NCBI GenBank assembly: GCA_964367645.1
Contig: CAYIYN010000001.1
Coordinates: 1 to 46,523 of the forward strand
Direction of reading: 5' to 3'
Source: an uncultured Bacteroidaceae bacterium
GTDB lineage: Bacteria; Bacillota; Clostridia; Christensenellales; CAG-917
DNA length: 46,523 bases
The notes beneath the pieces were generated by a model. The model saw nothing but the letters and a program-made list of their open reading frames with translations. It searched no databases and was not told the origin of the DNA. A program made the position numbers and the translations under genes. This document shows, one piece after another, positions 34,801 through 37,511 of the stretch (position 1 is its first letter; every line of letters begins with the position of its first letter).

Positions 34801-37421
34801 TTTATGAGGTTGGTTGCGAGATAAATTTCAAGATAATTGTCGCTCAGCTGTATTCCTTGAATAAGCGCGGCGATGATACCGATGATGTCGGTGTCGCCAT
34901 CTGCGGCGGAAATCGCTTCGCCGCCTGCCGCAACGGCCTCTGACGTACCGCTGAGGAAAGGCTTGATGTCAACCATTACGTTGAGGCCACCCAAAATGTC
35001 ATTGCGCGTGTGCAAATACACAACCAAATTGTCCAGCCAAATTTCAATGGCGGACTCTGTTGCGCCTTGTTTATAGAGCGACAAGTGCACTTTTGATTTG
35101 ATGAGGCTATCTGTGCCTTCGGACAAGTCGAGGTTGCCTTCGACTTCAAGTACAAAGGTGGAATCGACCGTTTCGAGGAACTGAATTAGAGCCTGGAAGA
35201 GCAACGAGCCGTCGCCCATGCCGTATTCTAACGAAGTGAAATCGCCTTCAAGAGCGTAAAGCCCGACTTCGGCTTTCATCGCGACGTAAACTGAACTGAT
35301 TGCTCCCAAAATCGATTCGCCCGTAAGACCTTCGGAAAAATCCATAGGAGCAAATTCCCTTGCGTGTGCGGAAAGTCCCGGTCCGTCCTTGAATTGATTG
35401 ATGCGGTTGTTGAAATATTCCGCATTTGAAAGTGTTCCGAAACGCAATCCGAGTTTCAGACCGACGCCCAAAACTCTTGCGCTTTCAACTGTGCCGCCGC
35501 TTGAAGAGCCAAGCGCGATGTCAACGTCGAGTTCTTTGTTTTCGCCAAATCCGAGATTCCTAAAGACAACGGATGCCGCAGTAACAGGTATTGTGCCTCC
35601 TGCCATGTCGCCGGTGAAGATAAGTCCCCACAAAAAGTCGAGGATTTCCTGCGTCAGCGAAAGGTTCAAACTTTGAATGTTGAAGATATTGCCGTCTTTG
35701 ACAAGTTCGCACTGTGCAAGGATTGCGCTGATCATTCCCATCGTGTCGGTTATAGCGGCAGAATTCCCTTCGGGATCGGACACCAAACTCTGCACGATTT
35801 CGCCGTTATCAAGTTTGTCGGTGACTGCAGTGTACATATCGACCGAAGTCTGCGCTTCGGCTTCGGCTTCGCCGCTGAGCAATCCGCTGACCAAATCTCT
35901 CACCGTTCCGCCGAGTGCTCCCTTTATGACGTCGACGAGTTTGTAAATCAGTTCGCTTATGAGGGCGTTCATATTGACGTCTTCGATGACGAATTTACCG
36001 GTGCCGACTATACCTGACAAATCGATATAAACCGACTCCTGACTGCCAACGTAATAAATTCCGGCTCTAAGTCCTCCGTTATCACCGAGGATTTCCACAA
36101 GGAGATTGGTTTTCGCGTTGTCATGAGTGTTGATAACGCCGTTGATGTTTACGGTCAAACTGTACGTATCACCCGACAAGCCTATCGTCTTTTGCATTAG
36201 AGGGCTGTCAGGCGTGATAACGTCTTGCAACAGACCGGTCAGCAAAGTGCCGAAAGCGCCCACTGCGCCGCCGATTGTAATTTCCTTGTTCGCTGTGTCT
36301 ATTGCAAGGCGCAGAGAAAGATCGAGTGTGAGAATTGAATAATCTTTTGCCGCCTGAATGTCTATGCCGCGCTCTTGAATGGCGGTTGCGACATCAAGCT
36401 CGGGTTCAATGCCCGTTGAGAAGTTTTTAAATCCGAGAGAAATGCCGACTTCGTGGCTGTAATTGCCCAAATCGGTCTTCTTGCCGAATGAGTTTAGAGA
36501 AATGTCAAAGCCGAGATTAAGCGCAGTCATTGCGCCATTTGTGATATCGACTACGACTTCGATTGCCAAATCTTGAAGAGAACTGAATTTATTGAGGTTA
36601 AGACCGAGGAGATTGAAAAGTAAATCGACTATAGCAGTTTGATCCGCCAGCAAATCGCCGACAATGCCGGAAACGATGCCGAGCAGGCTGCCCAAAGACA
36701 TAGGCATGACAACGCGCTCCTTGCCGCCGCCTAAGTCAACAACGTAGGGATCTTTTATGAGCATTGTGCACAAAAGCGCACTCAAAGGTTGATCGCCGAG
36801 CAAATCGAGAAGATCTCCAGCGTTCATACTTAGCAAATCGGTGAAAATCAGTTGAGAAATAGTGCCGCCGAGAAGACCGCTGATGATGTCCGCCGCCCCG
36901 ACAAAGAGTTTCGTGAAATCGATATCGTCGGTTGAAACGACGTAAGCGCCTTTTTTAAGACCGGTACAATCCATCACCAGTTGGCTGTCGTAATAATAAA
37001 CACCGACCAGCAACTGCTGCGTATTGGAGAAAGCGCCCGACGCGGTGTCGTAATTGATTTTTATAAGTTCAAACAAAAACTCCGAATTTTCGTCGTTTTC
37101 AACGTCGAATGACCCTGCAAGACGTACGGTGAATTCATTTCCCGTTTCGTCTTTCAAATAGTCAAGGTACATCGTGACGTCGAAGTTTATGAACTTGTCG
37201 TCATTCCTTCCCGCCACTCCGAAACAGGCATTTTGGAGTTTATCCCAAGCAACCAACGGCGTTATGTAGGAAGGATCGTCTTCAATATAGTTTGGCGGTG
37301 TCGGGGGCACGATCGGCTTGTTGCCCGATACATCGCCGACATTGGACGTGGAACATGCGACGAAAACGCCGAGTAACGACACGACCAAGATCAAAAGCAG
37401 CGCTAATTTCAATCTCTTCAT
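10263..37421 (-). CDS. giant modular surface lipoprotein (9,052 aa), function unknown
   Basis: One stop-free frame runs for 27.2 kb. I chose the ATG at 37421 over the ORF-track start at 37478 because AGGAGGAAATT precedes it directly and the product then begins with a signal peptide, MKRLKLALLLILVVSLLGVFVAC. The protein contains repeated modules, acidic linkers, Tyr-rich inserts and a C-terminal Ig-like array (see findings). Confidence 0.9.
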   Translation of the reverse strand: MKRLKLALLLILVVSLLGVFVACSTSNVGDVSGNKPIVPPTPPNYIEDDPSYITPLVAWDKLQNACFGVAGRNDDKFINFDVTMYLDYLKDETGNEFTVRLAGSFDVENDENSEFLFELIKINYDTASGAFSNTQQLLVGVYYYDSQLVMDCTGLKKGAYVVSTDDIDFTKLFVGAADIISGLLGGTISQLIFTDLLSMNAGDLLDLLGDQPLSALLCTMLIKDPYVVDLGGGKERVVMPMSLGSLLGIVSGIVGDLLADQTAIVDLLFNLLGLNLNKFSSLQDLAIEVVVDITNGAMTALNLGFDISLNSFGKKTDLGNYSHEVGISLGFKNFSTGIEPELDVATAIQERGIDIQAAKDYSILTLDLSLRLAIDTANKEITIGGAVGAFGTLLTGLLQDVITPDSPLMQKTIGLSGDTYSLTVNINGVINTHDNAKTNLLVEILGDNGGLRAGIYYVGSQESVYIDLSGIVGTGKFVIEDVNMNALISELIYKLVDVIKGALGGTVRDLVSGLLSGEAEAEAQTSVDMYTAVTDKLDNGEIVQSLVSDPEGNSAAITDTMGMISAILAQCELVKDGNIFNIQSLNLSLTQEILDFLWGLIFTGDMAGGTIPVTAASVVFRNLGFGENKELDVDIALGSSSGGTVESARVLGVGLKLGLRFGTLSNAEYFNNRINQFKDGPGLSAHAREFAPMDFSEGLTGESILGAISSVYVAMKAEVGLYALEGDFTSLEYGMGDGSLLFQALIQFLETVDSTFVLEVEGNLDLSEGTDSLIKSKVHLSLYKQGATESAIEIWLDNLVVYLHTRNDILGGLNVMVDIKPFLSGTSEAVAAGGEAISAADGDTDIIGIIAALIQGIQLSDNYLEIYLATNLIKKLFTLIGGLPAEFAIGIEDEPFNGGIRVTLADGLNLTELELLVYAGIGGNFELDIALGNLNAGINEVPAGSNLDPADSEYQFVDVFAEPYVWLALNLGIEGTINAGTTPLGGGGDLIFGETLNLDYNLGVEASLDLKPLFDVLLKRTDAVYTAGNESELLIEISKDRGTPDQKLLIGIYYLDGKIYLDATNFGIDKVALELDLFEIILPLLLNSYSELTAEQMDSNNAAYYDGPRYSKGVRYKQSDEGAYKPVYEYIEIAAGESYIGVRYEKVGNNYVESASGTYKYVATGYTAIVEGDAYIGTRYEAVEAYVEDENGTFKWDYEGIYVNPKNEASAAADWQFDSANFDIAFELAAKLSTESFRIELVQGLAEFLWDTVGINAVGLDVWLELSWAESKNLLDLGVVVKDADNNETGKVQIYVDGLSLSIDSYHNKKSINPINGKEQFVFDGSDTGYTLMSLLSFDEFGDISLGLEQVFVELTGTIDLEAFNTDNSEWPVGDWVNLFLDPATTNESVVSLLDRLLIAFDIDYDIIQQLGFRIAAVLRFNPNKIGDINYLLSHSDIIIEIYNGNYEAVTDTQAHAQAARMLAITLLCDNPNAVTELATSTLYIDGNVDIIDDVHLKLAGMNLAALLSGVGANGESDAGAASDSEAEAAAETEPSILDTITTVIGGAIHGLTMDSESLTVYLASGMIGMIVGLLAGKQIDVEQFVQLNPENSYLRLDYGMNGYGLGISVGIDPLRLGIELTGLSIGFAKNKTVVNPYFPVIDSAYTGFDNFSDLSLDLTLELKLQLNQTTGVWEDGELPINDIISIFAQEIMLAFGVEITEDILFDIQLVLGANLSLENPESTQIVFELYNVVKGEPMLGVYMDGSDIWVDMGILSEKDFVIHDTQFASLLIGSIQGLLEGFGSSEDDGEALAASEGEEQEAFEILLALANDKISLLVTQQVIMSIIGLIINLTSTEGTDNSDIASAIERLPDYGMELSLDIDFAEVALKIDLASELINFGVYILQPKISANRNSKVESMISEARYKWSLDGNYSVLTVGDKAEGESQFNIAHAYEKNASVYTKTADTEYLVDKVYYKYTGAQEGDDRFQDYEDNKIVYFELEIAIEYGLDSTYILLDAASAALYDDADRYSKRVTDGVYVQDPNGLYIKDPIELGGLVDFIVGLDAVKGLVTGMEEGLVKNLLNALFQQLGLNIYLNDEMSDNFVLKLSGALDLEAIGFDDILQGKFDELEFSLELILAALDLGVELIFNPGEFTEAKLGIYLIEGEIFLDTSDLGGPQIKLDLNFLLGLIGVGSAEALTTADEEESASFDILGLLNVLIRRIILQVSPRYKGGGEFWYNNFDSIDILFYSDMLPAFIKFLLNIDFEMEGIDFDENQSGIFLKFNDADMDDKLSLGIKMVTATGYNVGLKLGLGLKLDIAKTDYEGIVDASELLHFVDITDYIVNIVGLINGDTADYYKPSAESYYTFLPNAEGAYMFDIASNAFRLIKADENIGEAQRYERHVVRNMAGALVYDSVPATQASPAVYSELTEINAIYEVVGSGAADSYKSRYFVISDTATQEIRVDIAARDYYVFSKNVQGTYTEDTILKRIFDASATISGVAADARYAISTAEKVYNYVESANGNFVFDASLDSYRAIAEGEVVSTQTYLRNVSLSGLSSDKLAYERYSTNYDSQNIKLSLNLGLSFDSKAIASNDRLGGLIENWLSDVLIAAKTTSVFGDTVLGRVSLKVDLAAVDIAALLGEDTFYVMTQDQIAAAADEDKFILEGGSYVAYDATRHASGVSNGTIAVYGKESKFVKFLENSDLDTIEIALELLELDENGEILLNSEGKPTIMAGIYLYRGMLYLDGTNLFDIAGNYSYVPNFTELLMRLITGEDATAEDSGEGASDNSALAASSADITVERDATLMLLYSDLGIQIVLMKSLIAMVLAVLLPDLGSVEEIFNVFDITLGFDSGRYEYEPFTDGLGTGVDEEAVIANIYEGTTYKVDTVTESAAGAYYKVTNGTDYYISIYDGTGAPAGATLYDVTFAATIEDDEAFTHAAVYYLQQDRVVTLSDGETAYQDVYGLVIPVFERYSYYDKITWSLNDTDGNYAVIGNWEGDEFADNAEFFLRSNYTLYIDDEGSLTGKSETNTTTYDVGTTYYIFYGCAYREIDHFADRAYGYELEYSGTNYRRLSPYTKIDEFYIGLDINVEDISLGIKLGGIALAFGASDKLIPDYVLNGVSRDNPEVVIPLMPFYESSVALNFSIELELGVTEGLLDIGTIFSKLLGDIEGIVIEMPETAKGYSSAHFRLDVSIILDMSKLTNSEISVEFFSITETGAEKLWIGLYYLQNIFYLDAAVLEMPKLSITSDLISGLIEQYLGDILVKDIYTENEIPSSADSEALSAASVVNSEFDVLLLISKRQLMVNIANKFIRMLIELLVEGLDLDDYISDQLIAGAGIQLNFNDGVDLVVEVTLGLEGDRYIEVTDRTQIQAKGVMEGVAVEGDYWFSSNNATGMYVFDAASGKYRAVAKGEVISGARFDRNELLNIGDIDANTTYFRRTSSDAGNLEATDAELNLLVAIRNLNISFMLEHNYTLTAEEIAEYQEITQIDRFMLTETIDITTSFKSGAENDIDLTEVLGYFFPEEDYDNLAAIISAMADGGGDVNRKIELVINVEIKFAALLNYFRQFDFNSGIGNINEDMSIMDIIEIFKNVIANIDSINIGDLLSYINASIIIQTTADRKFGNEYFEETHTLLGLYVVSGQFEKRSGAALEEIALEDRYDHYYENHTGEYFYNETTETYQPRYEGMDPLIDTFYSYDATYCYANPLGQYERVRGGLYIDLSYFSIPSIYINSYGLRDALASLLEGGISLGASESEALSVADDETASATALPLLSNEIAGYLTAFAWGIRITSMFIQVIVNPDYINQIIGLLMTGDSKLEFNYNFTKKPFVQINTDNATYFYKDYSQAEEDSLRVSNGSGPNLDELKVSEFRFEKVENDETGTYYIDSKGLYQLRSDLTAEQEAAYLISGKHFYTLSTYEAYIKVITGSGINDFHYQELTKATSIEKDNAEKCFVTFDKDGDNYTFNSEDNGAYIYVVNSYVLAETASSAQKEAALGDYAFYITTSGAGSYVNTGDGQYEYVSDTSPYTAIELYTFTRLNDEDMLVAQIDKTVRKPLITVQLYLWEYELGINIGSPEFGVQGYKYITKDEYETENGVAAPEYDLYIKAEDYLYGFIGGEETKNEWILNQTERTAYLNGAETDTGIKIVENYVNSDGSANNLRYMYYRGEYFAITVEDLYVFSGNEFVNVVSLFGGEGPTKVNFAADEMIDFTSGKNFANDPDCSNNPDFFLRVDIGESFDVYVRLTKAYLYEQEWYRNVYVKDTAENYERYGVDAEAVKYVRVTSENVLNVEYIDYASFEKSTQINGAEGTYYWNLVSRNFTLNTALENEPAATALSAEEIKSYVYDAWTRGYMSLSEYLYTYHYDVATYEEMNAILYATTLYSAYTEDEEGNYVWSDEERGFIEKPEGSVATTYRANSIEYVDSDDMYFISLTIRGGLYTTGYYDYVSVADYLDLLNAGREIPYTMASLINPLSPAYVAPEKRFTTNQGEYFQTSSDNFQYVLYTTGVETTLAEVLGGLLGDLDGVMVRIMESFTGEILFEIKINLAFKLNWTPGLSLEIYDLDLAIDMWRRENDATDQTDGTLTHFLGIYYTHDADTGIAGLCVDLEWIFGEGAKLAIDLSDYTIEELLAGLLAGDSEAILGGSSSEALTAASSESGGYVETAANPLLAGAYINILTRALAVQITKGFFELLLNALGVDLGSIELPNFMVKLKLNLAPWSVGFTLDVFTADGTQGVLDLTLVLQLFNGTEDSSVIDFGTIESFTAKDTTYKNITTIEQQPDVADNYINYYANFIRDDSVSYEDAYLKVGNAVNKGKLADGITDSGVVLADAVQVGPFVQKTDFKYYVKADEVYTETQFNEFKSEGIWMYRLPAISYVRVLDSALFDEYGAPIWDPEVKGDLYVLNDGINAMPYSTDVSNFTKVTDFASLSIDKAYYKPNRDFSNYTRVMSLNLNNLINGGDLDIVELLGDLETAEIGLSLDVDLELSDVINWTKQMSKFIDTDLYSYFEFILASISTSNTEFTSVIGGTLDLKVKLDIGNLIEGISGGAGVFDMLRGLEAYIKFTYNTNFHGADNIACVEIWAQITDEGLLNLYLNLGDIGRVVGFGDFFGKLKIEGIDLSGLGGETDTASAEAIAAAPEGTNTGIIPENIWDILNIILGQLLVANDIVAVGLNADLFGDLISMLSPEMESIAQYLPKLKITNDMDTSGVVINLGGGQPSIIVNLGFAAGYEEFITLAEYEGTYGEDWTGTTYIVADATGYARAEGTSGEYVLRGITTGGNNYSLIYGSVTAGMGVTRYALSGDSTFTVSESGQYIVTAEAYDKPEYLLKATYNEWAETDWSGVTFDIDSDGNGYISTTRTDLTSTSAYMMLSSTEYALIDFAYPEWAGNRYDVNASGIGFSESATGKYLKIGDLALRLGIGNLSLWLNKDKLTVATNSVGVYIDEEDTPITDYADFKQSTLSLDIGLNISLYGSDDTTNDANVVDLSELIGLVLGLIDSTGDYTGSIFRARITDEIGNAIGPFLRLNINAFLDFVDFTQTVIALEIIQYDDAGVLNEQALLAVYLYNDNIYIDGTALLGSTAKISIGGLGLSSILEDALGGFLGHEPATGESEAYAASIENAGNITLHDKAYLAAIINPQYFSLQLSLATINAIANRIYAARGDELHDLLPNLGDVFIESFGYVPNEYGTDDRTTHLSIAAKFTEGLYGSIDVMELGINAHKSGDYLAKLHENYNAATHAGLTRYNHILGGFVSLESGEEYSGQRYNIVAAGATERGKYIQSGDLYVKRTDAQLESAAVGTGFNFVSALEGDYKYQEDSYIVSETGDKVIAYSEVYNIETGAIGLDNIGVGLNLSLTITSSGLGAYDEGFNETFINWALGLLGGLLGGVDLINGYTALTELEKNGQNAYVALTFAERYGTWTELSDSEKDPNSTTYRNIAGVSEYNGSDYVVTTDTSYVAGKSYFKYEDTRYTGQRYDANGTANSSGTFKKVLSGKYYGTRYSLVEDEYVEDANGNYKSSFGITLPSQTFVIDIALKADINLPAILAYGISGIIYSDFALDITIGALSNEKFLSAYYLGSSRLEKTNNIYKLSPNGTTFSDALYVDASGLGLGKIKLQGFAGILGGKQATVDVNAGSTSDALTAGGVNASASSTEDETAIAAAMAIFLEIELESGRLAIKMERSMLDVLLGILGLDLSTLGITMPPIQSVALVLNYDLVPGNTTDKTAINNLGINAVLDSRGTVLAVDIKDLSVAIGKKTLDIEHLVDTVSYGYVGVTYSKSAGTSSLIQNIIDSINPALKIDIDRKVWTGAVGYNSGGGAETYVETENVYTKATLTGVRANQKWGSGTNGYRIYLFLDAVHPNRQTGEGNNLQIGIGFSNNSLYLKNLDIGSDFINGIINDTVGGIALQNDDGSPFIGLLKTGDGDTATYAYPTADTASEAMTTADKEKTAEAGTAADYSAYKYPLELVGLVEGLSLNLFNSNGYIPYYAGMSAIPAGRADDTRFISVQVEFNKDAFNELLVFLYCTVLGLFQNKMEGTTDGGIDQNQQETNYFIDMVKLANASAYNAGAVGQLYGDGLTSRRAYEFNNYALNGEHATNELYNLFEQIDQSLTNNQPTSVRVNLMEPYVRSLPATIYSWLLEDLITTLTGTNLAGLATFLASNTTQNLSKLVATILPLPFATATACNPTANIYIDLMPNAADYGLSGYTMSKGIQAIELYINCEKAGPGAAMNFYRSAITQRYECKNSTTINNLGKTYVVGNTSAIYRSEGFQYYANGNGYDDELSWSSGTSPHYTTKDDGSFDWLSLRITPYANSNTSIKDPMLGFLEAETAELMNGQVEAPEEIVVTDPGRRWATTSNGYSGTLNEYMLENGNIFPQKAKVTWTRNQLDSVGTTTLGDQDYLGGTAIIWDASAVNYTAATLDSSGRYFAGNVYGYALNVVLYAIPVYITNDYALSNIYAYVNTAPAGQEVSYEQKTLMIDINTASSKYNPSLPDLVRIRFLTGGTYTFGTYATNDEGDMLKARLQGNPTLGSDAEGNELLNDDENVYQLMPAYTAALQYNEDGSIVTETIGEAVYAVLDYSKLPTGRYAPAGTISWDYEGTLLRGTDDFSFGWAGGLYNVGFTYQWGGSNEIKDSVEVSVTGYDVNDSKITRLTKSDGTYLPNMESFDAFKLDSILSDGYSLADYVSSFTKMSGRYTSGKSFTDLSVKWDLTELYARLAAIAVEGNGYDYYKGIDVKVTAYVGGDIFNTVIIYDETGKAIAGLTGNLSTDSEYVSGNGNVAQPVTVRIYVAPRVFDSLENKSLVFDSYAFNEINDTSFALNAKVNFKNIDGLVTLSSGSLSIEAPYVLNSDGTTYSRATGLSSDNYTYQGFKGDGTLYAKLLIGTHTSGIQEVYVKINVTKMTATTTSVRVQKEATFNPKWYEYTWEEEGVEMNYNTLLVNYAEAGTTAHYMTPKWETIKYYSNSALTKPLENIYRAGTIYATVEADVLDTNGNPLGNVKTDTGYVSQRITLKLSVPAKSITKVYFYSGSGAEDLYGNGLINRMVEGNYVISDNELTNIANYTATGYAQFMSGGEAFNIMSDSYAENSDNYFNVAEWGDLRNGTVVVVELSDGSKEIAYVNAIETNTMAVSAAGGLSYVYMTIANQRIRIPLNLPNVSVTDITLDTTHRDGEGNLTGGTLTFDGNTLSSSVSYTGNQAAFTMEYNRLDSWVLPTYATVKLTDYDTEKSLEGVLGWVNNSAPTNAEIQNDANGDYVVRKLYFYDAALLRYPEGGLDVKIYLVTRSASGLKMKSMAPDVDSVEIDGFGTGGIALVSYSPFVEWIWPTTATVNFTSGTVAYNVSVEWNDTTLPGEQEIAAGQFTRIAYVGGNLAELEYTFQIVEDYILNFGGIQTATGYIYSLTADKFFEGLPETGTMTIDGNDETIGLDWNVDYDAAGYNGNVTVTVTATNGRTVDITVALDVAAVTVSGIVWENGNEIDPLGESSTAFGSGSNVSVALEGVETSVDGVKATYTLPADFYTNPGKYYGEAITLTVNLLYNTGTQSKAIAIDYEFTVLNKAISRIVNPLYRSIVVDPFMYSSFGSEQGGMNLPIALDAKLADGTVKTFLVQWPANSVIIAAGMVNPDNVLNFTYIYAAEDGAYYLVTDGDGTTIDFVAIEDYEEGAYEVGHSVARYSKGSTQPFTVPLTVLNRVVKSAQFSFDDFTLGSVTERYSTYVHTYGSTDSTKGNLVEIAYDNKTHLPISATVSNVYSFGDPDLPNKLRIKFAGSEEIKDYYITISIADIAEYLRSIDTSKDYATKATIRVYPTADMSVELFLTGNGKPMEIDFIFKAVNLNRYNSDVASPTMSFNDIRYSAANGKVFNVYSTEGGSDDAYFDGNYESDTTFYADGKFVTLSAWHSGHSLSDLSHVRWAGDSSRYLYKVLGNGTVDASGNVVTTLDSVSGEQVRDTSKTPYYYTYNTKSRTYKYVETLPVGYDATKYYVFVYTVSQSLSVDWDFTSLSYNYTGSDPVNGGSAYATAKITSPVNIVVGGATVANTSYTSVRVPVQITNSSISGISFTSENFADGANSSKMQMVGGVPTFTFDPFVDLDIFSEVNDFYKYFPNSGTVTLVGGDTVSVPITWDFGVAASAGSVSWEGGEYVIRAIIGGTTESVAEQKVECRFVVNSRKAQRVSTNGNESLEALTGYYDGVVASGQTYINPYEYLQSDMVLPDTLTVDTENGGAVTYSVSGDENYKLIWNFASFRPEYKGGVVYLQAFLVGADKTTQTFKVPFLVQKMIATSITTDFYLDEESNGTTLIAGSRNGSANSNYNSAISGGTAVTPYVISPLANKSYNLPQAYKVTFAISNPDIISAGVDMQNLEVGGWAATNVGTGWDESHRNSGINSRIFSYVTLSMPANFKVTVNECRNGTAPNKYNAGIQLGTGEKINIPFGITAVDMSGYSTTGLTSGTGGTTLTTKTANGAQIAWYGMAYAFDINETSNEPSKAIVSHAIVIASSSSTYTLPSQNNRKVIYVLTPVIGAVVDSTSAITDYISTFRPNGQKEGTQTTIIVARTAGLI
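16900..37352 (-). other. N-terminal ~6,800-aa region of divergent modules (protein-level repeats) of the giant lipoprotein
   Basis: 13 acidic linkers, at least 15 copies of the G-[IV]-Y-Y...Y-[IL]-D motif, and Tyr-rich inserts, all read from the translation. Boundaries are approximate. Confidence 0.6.
37353..37421 (-). other. lipoprotein (SPase II) signal peptide with lipobox F-V-A-C
   Basis: MKRLK (positive n-region), then LALLLILVVSLLGV (hydrophobic core), then FVA|C. The Cys codon TGT is at 37355..37353. A Ser/Thr/Pro-rich tether follows (STSNVGDVSGNKPIVPPTPPN). Confidence 0.8.
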
Positions 37422-37435
37422 AATTTCCTCCTGCT

Positions 37436-37454
37436 GCGCCTTACGCGTAAGCGC
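37436..37454 (-). promoter_or_regulatory. palindrome in the 5' UTR of the giant gene (possible operator or RNA hairpin)
   Basis: TTACGCGTAA (37441..37450) is a perfect 10-bp palindrome. It extends to GCGC(c)TTACGCGTAAGCGC and lies between the predicted -10 element and the SD. Confidence 0.35.
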
Positions 37455-37482
37455 ACGCCAGCACAGAATAATATACATTATG

Positions 37483-37511
37483 ATTTTATCGCCAAATAGT
37501 TATATTGTCAA
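37483..37511 (-). promoter_or_regulatory. putative sigma-A promoter of the giant gene
   Basis: On the minus strand: TTGACA (37511..37506), a 17-nt spacer, then TAAAAT (37488..37483). The -10 element ends about 60 nt upstream of the ATG at 37421. Confidence 0.6.

Noticed and set aside
10263-37421. The possibility that the giant ORF is an assembly artefact (collapsed or expanded repeats) or a fusion of several genes.
   Set aside because: The modules are strongly diverged at the protein level, and I saw no long identical DNA repeats by eye, so mis-assembly is unlikely. There is no in-frame stop over 9,052 codons, and I did not look for internal SD/ATG-plus-signal-peptide boundaries. Long reads are still worth using to verify this.
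10263-37421. Horizontal acquisition or a mobile-element context for the giant gene.
   Set aside because: There is no integrase, transposase, tRNA target or flanking direct repeats. Base composition looks similar to the neighbouring housekeeping genes by eye, though this was not computed.
37422-37478. The ORF-track start of the giant gene at 37478 (MYIILCWRALTRKAQQEEI...).
   Set aside because: No SD precedes it. The ATG at 37421 is preceded by AGGAGGAAATT and yields a canonical lipoprotein signal peptide. The extension would also overlap the predicted transcription start region.
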